From assembly GCF_009914755.1 (NCBI RefSeq), contig NC_060931.1: a stretch of DNA of 64,000 nt. One strand, given 5' to 3'. Under the pieces are notes generated by a model, which made no database searches, was not told the origin of the DNA, and was given only the letters and a program-made list of their open reading frames with translations. The position numbers and the translations under genes were made by a program. Of this stretch, positions 52,691-64,000 are shown in pieces; position 1 is the first letter of the stretch; every line of letters begins with the position of its first letter. The stretch is from the human T2T-CHM13v2.0 reference genome, Homo sapiens.

Positions 52691-55600
52691 TTACTAATTA
52701 ACATAAATTAATGTTTTATTATAGAAATCTGAGTACACAAAATGTGAATTGACTTCAAGTCTATATGTTATTGCTAAGGAAAACACGCATACTGAAAATA
52801 ACTTTTTTTCCCTAAAACAACTATGAAACAGAACTATGCTACACTAGTCAACTCTTAAGTCTGAAAATTACCTTAGACAAGATAAGGACTGGTGAAGATA
52901 TCAAACTCTTACAAACCAAATTTTAGCAAAAAATCTTGGCTTACTTCTAAGTTCATTCTAAAATAAAAGTAGAAGATGGTTGCTTTGAAAATGATTCATC
53001 ATTTACTGACATCAAATTATGGAGAGCTCCCTTTTTACACACTTCCAGAGTACCATATATGTTTCTCACGTAATGTTTAAATGTTAGTCACACTTTCGGT
53101 TAGTAGAATCAGTAATTTTTTCAAATATTTAATATCTGTTTATCACATTAGACTGACTCTATAGCCCCTTGAGGACAGGCCCTTGTCTGCCGCCTGCAAC
53201 AGTTTTAGACAGTACACATAGAACAAGTTCAGTAATATTTATTGAATGAATGAATAAAATCAGAAACCAAATCAAGAAAATACTTCCAATCAATTTATGA
53301 TTCAACAGATGCCATTTGCATAATTAATTGTGGATAAAGACAAAATGTGCTTTTCCTTTAAGCCATTGCAGTATATCATTGATTATCTAGAGATTTTTGA
53401 TTTTTATCTAGTTATTGAAAACACAAGCAGATACTAGTGACATAACTTAAAAATACAAATCTATATTTAATTACAATCAGAACCGCAGTGTAACCTTGAG
53501 AACCTCTAATTTCTCCATGTTATCTGTTGTAGTAATATTACATATATTTTGGATAACTAAATATGCACGATGTTTTTCTGAAATTAGCATTGTCTTGGAG
53601 GCAGATTTCAGATGATCACGGGTGTCAACTATAGTATTTCTTACTAGAATATTCTCTTGTCTTCAGAGCTAGTTAAAAGCATATATTTCTGCAATGATTT
53701 TCAGCTACATATAAAAATATAATATTTTATTTCTACTCAAGATGTACAAATGCCTTAAGAAATAAAAGAAAACAGCCCATATAAAAGTTTAATAATACTG
53801 GCATCTTATTTATAACACCATGAATCAAATGTTCTTTTCCCACTTTATAAAAAATAAAAATGCACTCCCTAAAGGGGTTGAGGAGTATATCTTCATTCTT
53901 TAGTTTTGAGAAACTAAATTTTCTCAACCAAGAACATTTCTAATCACCTAGTTCTTTATTGATTTTTCACAATGTTGATCCCACTACAGAGGGTGGTTAG
54001 TCAGTGAAAATAGTTTTTTGATCACTTAATTTAAAATTACCATTTGACATATAGAAATATTGACAAGTGTTATTTCAAATTCAGAATTCATTATATAAGT
54101 AAGATAGTTCTTACTTTGATGTTCCTCATTGAATACCAGGAACATCACATACGTGTGTGTGTATACCTTTTACATATGCTTAATTAGCTAATTATATTTG
54201 TAAAAGCTTTGCAGTTCTGCTAATTTAATGGAATAACCTGTTACATTCCATGGTTTGAACATGCCTTTTAATTTCAATGGCTTACTTTTGGATAAATTGC
54301 TTCAATAATTTTGTTTAGAAAGGAGAGAAGTTAGTTTACAGATCTTAATATCCCAGGCATTATATTTTTGATGTCAGTGCCAGCGGGAATAAAGAGATTG
54401 AATTCAAGAATACTATTATATATAGATAAGGCACAAGAGTTTCTAAAGTTTGCTTAGATAACTAAGAAAAGCATATGTTATAAATATAAATATATTCCAA
54501 TTCCCATTTCAATAATATTCCCACAGATTTTTATTAACCAGCTACTCACAGATAACATTGTGGGATTTATCTTATTCCAAGTATATTTACATTGAGAACC
54601 AGCAGATAACATATCCTGAGAAAACTTCATGGAGATATATAAAAAGATCTACTGAGGCTAAAGGAAAACAATAAAATGCATGAAGGCACCAGTGAAAGCA
54701 GAGGTGGAAGTATAGTCATGATTGAACCTAAAATAAAATAAAATAAAATATAATATAATAAAATAAATAAACCCATCGTCCACCTTGTAGGCTTTAACTG
54801 CCCTTATCTTTTCATTGCACCTTGGGTATCGCATGTGTGTCCAATTAACCAACCCTTTGAAAGATCAGATCTTCCCCACAGTACACACGATGAAGGGCTG
54901 TCTACTTCTTCCCTCCAAGCAGTCTTGACACAAGTACACATTGAAAAGAGACCAAATTGAATAGAAAAAGGACCACATTCAATAGAAAAGGGACCACATC
55001 TAAAAATCCTCTTGAAAACTGAGAATTGTTAACCCAATTAACTACCATGTTTCAAGGGGTGCAAATGTTTTAAAGTACAATTTGAAAACACAATATGCAA
55101 ACTCTATCAAGGAAAATATGAAATCCTCTATCAATTACAATGTGACAGTGTGCAGCAAATGTTTCTGTGTAAATGTTAAAATTCAGCTCTGCATCCTACA
55201 TTACTAAGAGTGGGAGGTAGGGGTAGCAGAAAATCTGGGGGAGTGGTGTTTGGTTTTTGAAAAGAACAGTAAGAATTATCATTGGTTCAAAAATTGCTTC
55301 TTTTATTGTTTTGTTCATTATTATTTAGAAGGAATTTGGAATCTGATTGAGCAAAATAAAGGACAGGCAGCTTTCCATTTAAGGCTATGGATAATATCCC
55401 CCTGTGAATGAAAATGTATTCCTGCATACAGATTTGTAGGATGGTGTTTACTCAGTATCATACAAAGCACTTCTACAATGTGGGTCAATAAACATGTGCA
55501 GAACACTTAGCTTGACAGATTTTATGTAAATCCAGAAAGAAACACTGGATGTCTTATTTCACTAAAAGGAAATTAAAGCAACTGTTTTATATGCCCAAAA

Positions 55601-57879
55601 CTTGTGTGTAATTGATAGACTCACAATACAAATATTTTCACTTGGAATCAATGTAAAATTATGCAAAATTGCAATAAAAACTTTAAATGAATGCTACTTG
55701 GCTTAGTTTTCCTTAGGCTAGTGCTTTAAGTATAATTCTGCACTAACTTTAACAAAATGTTGATAAAATAATGAATTTATTTTTATTCCTGCTAAAGAGG
55801 ATTTTATAATGTGCCTATCCTCTTGATATCGTTCAAAACTGTCTCTTTATTTCAGTCTACAAAAGACAGCCGTCTAAATTTAAAATTACTCTTTCCCCAC
55901 CATATTCAACATTGACTTCTCTAAGACTACTTTTTATATGTCAAGGGCATGAGAACAATAAAAGGTTGAGTCTATAAAAGGCCACATTATTGACAGGTGG
56001 CCAGCAACTGTTCCAAAGAGCCTTATAAAAGATAAACACCATAAAAGGAGCATGAGAAATTATGAGAACTACTTTTTGTGCTTGTTTGCTATAAAACTCT
56101 CAAATGAGCCAGTTTCTTGTTTGACTAAATATGTTTGCATCCTTCACATGAGATAGTGTGTTTTCCCCTTCTGGATTTGGTTATGGAACAGCATGTCCTA
56201 CTTTACTAAGATCAAGGAGTACATAAACAGCTTAGTAATATACTAAATTCTGTCTCTTGAATGCTACAGAACATCTTATTTTAAAATTTTCAATTAACAA
56301 AATTAAAACAAAATTTCTATTTGTTTTTACCCAACCAAATCTCTGTAAAAAGATTAGAAATTACTGTCAAATAATAGGAAAGAAAAATTCCTTATAAATT
56401 CCATAAACTAAAGATAACTAATCCTAGTCATCGTATTTTGCTGTCCTTCTACTAGGCAATTAAAATATAAATTTATTTAAAACGAAATTTTGGATTGTGC
56501 TACCAATTAATTGTTCTATAATTTGCTTTTTTACTTCATAATGTGCTATAATTCCATTTCAACAGATACACCACACGCACGCGCGCACACACACACACAC
56601 ACACACAGATTGAACCTTCTATACTGTTATTTAATCTCCTTTGTTCTTCATATTTTCACATTTAGATCTATACTATGTTTGCGTAGTGCTTTGTTCTATC
56701 GATTCACCATGATTTTTCTAACTGATGTTCTATCGGTGGATGTTTAGGTCTTTCCTGATTATTTCCAATATTATAAAGAATGCTATAATGAACCTCCATT
56801 GCTATACATCAGTCAGATAATTTGGTGAAAGGCTTTTGCACACTTTCAAGCTTTTGATACATGTAGTATTGCAAAAGTGCCCACCAAAATGTACCAGTTT
56901 GGCCTTCCACCAGCAATTCCTGAGCACATTTCTCTCAGCCTCTAATATTTGCAGATTGCTGTTCCTCCAAGTCTGAGCTCCTATTGGAGAAATCCTGTGT
57001 GCTTATTTTCTTGGAGGGTTCATCCTTTGACTAAAAAAAAAAAAAACCTTAATTCCTTTACCTTCATTCTTTTGTGTATTGTGGTTTCCAGAAATACATC
57101 AAAGCTTATGAAGAATTCACAATATCCTTCCCTGTTTTTCAGCATCGAAACATCTTTTTGCTTATTTTATACTCGTTTGGTCATTTCAAAGGATTTTATT
57201 GCCATAGGTAGAAGCAAACATGTGATCTTAAATGTCTGTCTTAAAATAGTCCCATAGACTGGTATCTGAATGCCTAGAATACTGTCCCATTCAAAATTAT
57301 ACTAATTGAATTGATTTAATTATAAATATATGCTCTGCCTGGTAGATCCCTTTGTATAGATTTTTGAATATACAAAAATAAATTTTGAATGTTTTTCATC
57401 TAAACTAGATTTAAATTTCTTTCAAAGGAAAAATAAGAGGAGAGTTTGTAGCTTCTTTGACTTGAGTTTTAATTTAATTTTAATTTAAAACATAACTCTC
57501 AAATGACAAATCAGTTTGGTGGATAAGGAGAGATCACTGTAGATGTCAAGCTGAGCTTTCACCTTCAATGAGTAATTAAACTTTAATAAGAAATTATATA
57601 AGAATGTCAAATTACATGTACAAAATTAGAACAGGCTGTTTAAATCTGATGAGAAAATGAATGAGGAATCAGTGACTAGTATAGCTGATTTTACAATGCT
57701 AAACACAATAATCTATTTTTAGGATCTATTATACTAAATATTCCTTTAGAATTACTTAACCTCTTTGCGTTCTGGTTTCCTCATTTTAAAAATACGATAT
57801 CCTCTCATAACACTACCTGACCCATAAGCTAAGTACCAATAGTATGAGGAATGTTTGTGATAAAGTTGTGAATTGCCTT

Positions 57880-58560
57880 TCTTTTACACAAAAAGATTCA
57901 CATTTTCATGTGACAGTATTTTAAAGTCTTCGTGTATCAGTGACAACTTCCTTAGGTTACATTCCACTAAAGTGAAAGCCTGAGTCAAAGCATTTGACAA
58001 TTTTAAGGTTTTAAAATACATGTTGCCCAACTGATTTTTCAAAGAAACATGTAGAAATCTACATTCTATCACTACACCTTGATCAGCATTGGTTATTATA
58101 ATATTTTCTTTTGTTAATTTGATGAATATGCCCAAATCCACTGTTATTTTAGTTAAATCTTCATTTCATATGACTTTTAACATAATAATTTCCTCTCCTG
58201 TAAATTATTTATTTAATTGGTTTCTATATTTTCCAGCATTCTCATGGATGTTTTTTCTCAATATATTTATTTGAGATACTAACATTTTCTCTGACCATTA
58301 AAATGTATTTCCCATCAGTGTTTTGTGTTATTTTGTGTATATTTTCTGTTTTTGATATGCAGACTTTCACTAACACAATAGTATATTTCTTTCATTGAGT
58401 TTTAAGGCTGAAATATATTTTTAAATACAGAGATTAATAAGTACACATGTATTAAAAGTTTAATCTTCTTATAGATTTATTTTATTTAAATACGTTAAAT
58501 GCATCAGAAGTTTATTACAAGTTTGTTATAAGGCAAACTTCTGACTATTTTTTCTGCACA
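57880..58560 (-). mobile_element. Old L1 (L1M) fragments
   Basis: ttccttaggttacattccactaaagtgaaagcctgagtcaaag...acatgttgcccaactgatttttcaaagaaac; similar debris at 56640-56960. Confidence 0.55.
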
Positions 58561-61500
58561 GTTAGACAATTTTACCAGGAATGCACATACTTATGATTTA
58601 AAGGTACCTTTCAAACAGCCTCAAAACATGTCAATAAGAGGTGTATTAAATACCACATCCCTAGATTACATTGCTATATTGTATTTTATTGCTATGTTTT
58701 ATTTCATATTTATATAGTACAGTGTGTTTTCACCTATATGATCTCATTTGATCTTTACATCAAGCAGTAGATATAAAAAATAAACAAGATTAATTTTGTT
58801 ACTCTGTCCAGTAGTTCAATCTCTGTAAATCTGAAGAAAATATAAAGCCATCAACCACTCAAATATTTCTGTGGTTTCTTTGGATGCAGTTAAACACCCC
58901 CAAAAAAGTAGTTATATAAACTGTATTTGAGCAATTCAGTTAGAGAGTTTATGGTGCTATAACGAAAAGTTCCCAATTTTTGAGTAAAGTCTCATGCAAA
59001 TAAGGGGATGCAAAAACAATTTCTTAGAGAAAATTCTTCTTCAAGTTAACAGATTCCTAAATCAATGTTTCCCTTTCAAGCTCATAAACTCAGAAGAATT
59101 TGAGAGTGTTAGAATCTTGATTTCAAAATAACAAAATGTGGTACTAATAGCCTCAATATCTATTAAAATTTTAAAAAGATCTATTTGAACAGTTGCACTG
59201 CCAATCTACAAAACAACATAAACTTCCTCCTTACCCCACTTCCCAAATAATTACAACAACCAAAAAACAGAAAGCAAACTTGAGAGTTATATAGGATTTC
59301 AGTATAAATGTGATTGGCAGCAGAGTATTTATGAAATAAGAATAGAAATTGTTGATCATAACAAACATATAATCTCAATGGATTTGAAGACATGACAAGT
59401 CTTCAGAGGCTGCTTTAGAGAATGGATTGAAGGTAGCAACTAGCAAATCTAGTAAATGCATATGTTTGTGAGTGTTTAAAATAGGTTGTCTTAAAATTGG
59501 TGTCAAAGAATAGCACTAAGAACTGCATAACATTTCACTCAAAAATGTGAAATGGACAAAACTTTTTACCCATTTCAGGCTACCGATCTTCCATTACAAT
59601 TGTCCAAAAGTGAGCTACCTTTGGAGAATACATATTCAACAGTCCGACTTGATGCTAAGGGAGTCAAATAAACAAGATATTGGAGGTAAAGGAGTCCTAT
59701 CACAATTTTCACTCTATCTCAGGGAACTTTGATAAAAAATAGTAAGTGACATCTTAATAAATTTAAAAGCATGCTATGTTGTCCTGGATTACCCCAAAAG
59801 TAGAACTTGAGACAAAGGTTTATATGCAATAGTTTATTTTAGAAGTAATTCCATGGAGCAGGGCTAAGGCACAAAAGAATAAGAGAAGGAGAAATCAAGG
59901 GAAAGCCAGTGCAAGCATATGTAATAAAATTGTCCACTGCTATAGGTGCCTGGTTATGACTTTGTGGGACCTTCTGAGGAGATTTATGAAATGCGTCTCA
60001 GAAATGTCAGTCCAGAGAATAGAATGATTAAACATTTCTTCTTTGACTCCTGTTCCTCACTGCATAAAATTGCTTGAAGTAGCACATAGGCGGTTCCTGA
60101 TATAATTTATCCCTTGCACCACTAAGATTTTCTTATTCTACCATTCTACCATTAAATCCAATGAATCACAGACTCTCTCCCTCAATATTATGGCTAGTTC
60201 AATGTCTGCAAGTATAGGTTTTTCCCTCTAGAACTACATCCTCCAATTCAGCAGAGTTTAAGATTGTAGGTATGGACAGCACAAATTCCTGAAGTGACTC
60301 AGGGGAACGATGGAGAGAGGGCCAATCCTACTTCGCCTGAGAGTTTTAACCCGTATGTCTTGGCTCTTATGGCACAGCACCATATTTTGCTTACTGGCTT
60401 GGCTCATCCTGGAAAACATTTCTCCAATCATGCAATCTGTTATTTTTCGACTTAAGCCTCTAATAGGCAATACTACTACTCAAATTAGAAGAGCTGCTTT
60501 TGGGTAATGAGTATGTAGAAAGTCCAGTGGATTTCATTGTCATTGCTGCTTGTCATGTCCCTTTACTATAAGATATATTCTTTTGAATAAAGCAATATTA
60601 TTCATACATAAAATACAAGACCAAGAAACCAGGCATCTGCAAGTCCTCTGATTATGATGCTGGAGAAGGCACTGTAGCCATAGAAGACAAATGCATATGC
60701 AGGTAAGTGTCAATTTTGCTAAGAATGAATTGCTGTTCTATTTGTGTTAGGAAGTGTGTGATATTGGCTGACTGCTTCTTACAGGTTGGTCCTTAGCAAT
60801 TGTAGTAGTTTGACCAGCCTCGGTGAGAAGAAGCTTATACTAACTACTGCGTCCATACATAGCACCCATCCCTGATACAATGGCCAATCTGAAGCAAGAG
60901 GTTAGCTGATATCCACAGGTCAAAATTTCTTCCCTACCTAGATACTCAATTCTGCCTCTAATGCAGATGCTGCCTGATGGGCATTAACACAGTCCACAAA
61001 GATCTGCCCTTTGGATCCACTTTCATTGAACACTCATATGCAATTTATCTAGACTTCTGTATTTCTAATCAACTAGATAAGCCATTTGCCATTGCTTAGA
61101 GGTCCATGTAAGTCTGTATTTTAGGCTACTTGTCCCTTGGTAAACAGTGAAAAACTAAATATAAGCTCACAGCTCTGTCCCGTGGGAGGATTCCCCTCCA
61201 CCATTATCCTTTAGAGCCATAACAAGTGGGGCTGCTGTGTTGCAGCTGTCCATTTGCAAGTAGCGCCAAAATATTATGCTAAGCCTATTAAGCCTGAAGT
61301 TTTTATTTTTTTAGCTGGTATTAAGAAATCCCTTATGAGCCATGAGTCAAGGGAAGGTCCTCTCTGTAAAAGAAGTAGGTGCCATGGGAGTCTGGGCAAT
61401 GTGTTTATGTAATTTACTTTTTTTGTTGTTGTTCTGTGTGGGCCTGATCCCCAATGCTCCGTTTCTGTTGTACATTGGATTTTAGCTATGTCTTACCAAA

Positions 61501-61618
61501 TACTTTATTTGGTGGGCTTCATTATATCTAGCTTAGAATAGACAACTCCAGCCAAAAAGTTAGTGTCCAACATGCAATATCTACTAGGACCCAATAGCTT
61601 GTCAGGATCTATTTTGTG

Positions 61619-61620
<2 letters not shown>

Positions 61621-61650
<30 letters not shown>
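61621..61650. repeat. (GT)15 microsatellite
   Basis: Read directly. Confidence 0.97.
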
Positions 61651-61652
<2 letters not shown>

Positions 61653-61925
61653 CATGCTTTTCTTTTCTTCTCCTAGATGTGAGTAATTCTCTTTTGCAAA
61701 AAGTATGGCCTTACTCCCAAATCCTAAGTGTCTGTGCTGCCACTTTTCTATTAGGGGTAGCCAGAGACTCCTCATAGCCATTTTATCTATCTGAAATATA
61801 TCTTATGACATCAAATCTTCTGGGCCACTATGATCTCAGTGACTGAGCAGCTTGCTTCAACCAATAAATAGACTGTGGCAATATTTCCAAGTGCCGTGTA
61901 TGATGCTGTCAGGATGCAGAGAGGC

Positions 61926-62445
61926 TGTGGTATGTAGCCAGTCTCCAAGATGATTCCAATGGTCCCTGCTTTCTGCTGTTCATGCCTTTTTATAGTGCTC
62001 TCTGATATTGCATGGAGATGACCTGTGTAACCACTGAGATATTGCCAAAATATTTGTGTATAACTTACAAGTTTAGATTATGAAAGATATGTGGCTTCTG
62101 ACTTGCCCTCTCTTGGTTCATTCAGTCTGGGGGAAGCCATCTATGATGTCATGGAAATACTCAAGCAGTGTTTTGAAAAGGAAATGAGACCTCCTGCCAG
62201 CAACCATGTGAGTGACCCATGATCTTCTTGGAAGCAGATCTTTTGGCACCAGTTAATTCTTAAGAGGACTGCAGGTCTGGCCAATATTTTGACCATAAAC
62301 TCATGATAGACCCTGAGTCAGAACCACCTGGCTAAACTGTACCTGAATTTCTGATGCAAAGCAACTATGGGATAATGAATATTTATTGGTTATAAGCTGC
62401 TAAATTTTGAGGTAATATTTTATGCAGCAATAGATAACTGATACA
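61926..62445 (+). mobile_element. MaLR LTR (MLT1F-like), 520 bp
   Basis: TGTGG...agccagtctccaagatgattccaatggtccctgc start; end ttatgcagcaatagataactgataCA. Confidence 0.8.
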
Positions 62446-62808
62446 GATTATGGTGGCTGGAATAGGTATGTTGCCATACCCAAAAATCTAAAACATGGGA
62501 ATGGCATATTGAAAGTGTGCAGGGGCCAGCAGCTGGAAGGACGATGATGAGTGTGTTGGTAAAAGCCAAAGGTACTTTGAGAGGCTGCTTGAAGCAGACT
62601 GAAGGCCCTAAAAGTGACTGCCAGTAAAGACTTAAAATAAGTGAGGAGGATGTTATTGGAAACTTGAGGAATGGGGACTTTTGTTATAACACAGCAGGAA
62701 GTTGAGCAATACTGTCACCTATAATAATGTGGAAGTCGAAATTATATCCAATTAACTGGGTGATCTAGCTAAGATTTCCACACAGACTGTTAAGGGTGCC
62801 ACCTTTCT
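62446..62808 (+). mobile_element. MaLR internal (MLT1-int) 5' portion, truncated
   Basis: gattatggtggctggaataggtatgttgccatacccaaaaatctaaaacatggga (PBS-like start) ... gttattggaaacttgaggaatgggga ... gatctagctaagatttcc. Confidence 0.7.
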
Positions 62809-63791
62809 TATCAGGGTATCTCTAATACTTGCCACTTTCTAGTCACCAAATCCAACTAGTATAATATATCATTCATATAGTGGACCAGGGTCATGTTCTG
62901 AGGAATGTCAAGACAATCAAGATCTCTGCCAACTATATTTTGACAAACGGCAGAAGTGTTAATTTGGCCCTGGGGTGAGGGAGTAAATGTGTACTGCTGT
63001 ATATTCGCTATTAAAAGCAAACAGCTTTTGATATTTCTTACCAATGAGAATTGAGGAAAAAAGCGTATTTGCTAGATTAGTATCTGCATATCAAGTGTCA
63101 AAGGCTGTGTTGATTTCTTCTAGTTTAGATACAACTCATTCATAATAGTTGCAATTGGGGCCAACATATGGTTAAGTTTATAATAGCTTGCTGTCATCTT
63201 CCATGACTCATCCAGTTTTGTTCTACTTTTTTTCAGGGAAAATACAAGTTGGTTGAACAGGAATATAATGTGGACAACGTCTCCTGCATCTTCTGAATCT
63301 TTGATGCAACAATAATTTCTGGAATTCTTCCAAAGATGTTATGCTAGAGCACAATACAATGTGTTTCATTCCCCATCTACAATGCATCCCAAGATACCAA
63401 AAAATGAGAGTCTTAGTAACTATAAACAGGAAGCTACTATATTTCCACCCAGCAGATGAGAGAGCAAAACACTATCCACTTGCTTCTATTACCCATTGAT
63501 CCATAACGAGCACAGGATCATTAACATTAATTCCCTCACAACTTCAAGTTGTGCACAAGTGAGTGCTGAGTGGGTTTCTGCAGGTGTCTTGCACTACCAT
63601 GTCAGAGAAGCCCTGGAAAAGTAGGTTGCTCGGCCTGTGGTAAGTGGCAGTCAGTTTGCATCTGTGTGAATCTGGTGAAACCTGTGCAAAACTGGAAGCC
63701 ACAAGAGTGAGCGAAGGCAGAGGTGGAGCCAAGAGGATGCAAAATAGCACAGAAGTAGCATCACACAATGAGCTTGTGGTAGATGTATTTG

Positions 63792-63822
<31 letters not shown>

Positions 63823-64000
63823 TCTAAAAATGCTTTCTTCTGAAAGGCATTTGTTTTTCTATGAACTAATAAATGTTAGGGACAAAACTGCAAAAGGCTA
63901 AAGATGTCTGCATTTTTATCACATTAACTTACTCAAAAGATAGTGAGGGCCTACAATGTGCTAGGTGCTGTGATAGGCAAGCAAAATTGACATGTGTTAA

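Larger units (their letters stand above)
59778..63768 (-). mobile_element. Ancient ERVL provirus remnant (pol fragments between partial LTR-like ends), sense to THSD7A, interrupted by a MaLR
   Basis: Minus-strand translations: QQYTFTPSPQGQINTSAVCQNIVGRDLDCLDIPQNMTLVHYMNDILY (RT, 62856-63000), DAGDVV...SWKMTASYYKLN (~63170-63290), AMANGL and KWTAA (RNase H, ~61078-61257). LTR-like ends at 59778-60080 and 63560-63768 are less certain. Confidence 0.75.

Overview
AT-rich, CpG-depleted primate DNA, human or great ape, judged by a young L1PA2-like insertion, AluY and the exon peptides. It lies inside THSD7A (thrombospondin type-1 domain-containing 7A) on the minus strand. Three coding exons, corresponding to exons 2-4, splice in frame with canonical GT-AG borders: 49112-49943 (832 nt), 6247-6495 (249 nt) and 3453-3634 (182 nt). 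The rest is intron. It holds a two-LTR HERV-L provirus (MLT2A-type LTRs, 6890-13157, antisense), two much older decayed ERVL proviruses (about 25890-28533 on +, and about 59778-63768 on - with a nested MaLR), a 5'-truncated L1PA2-like element with a fold-back 5' end, three Alus, hAT MITEs, old L1/L2/MIR fragments and microsatellites. I see no evidence of a wholly new biological system. The most notable oddities are an in-frame stop plus AATAAA right after the exon 3 donor, an in-frame deletion of the HERV-L integrase core, a templated 99-bp-period duplication in HERV-L, the L1 5' hairpin, and asymmetric decay of DUX4-like and splice-donor motifs between the two LTRs. Repeat subfamily names come from recalled consensus motifs, not from a database search.
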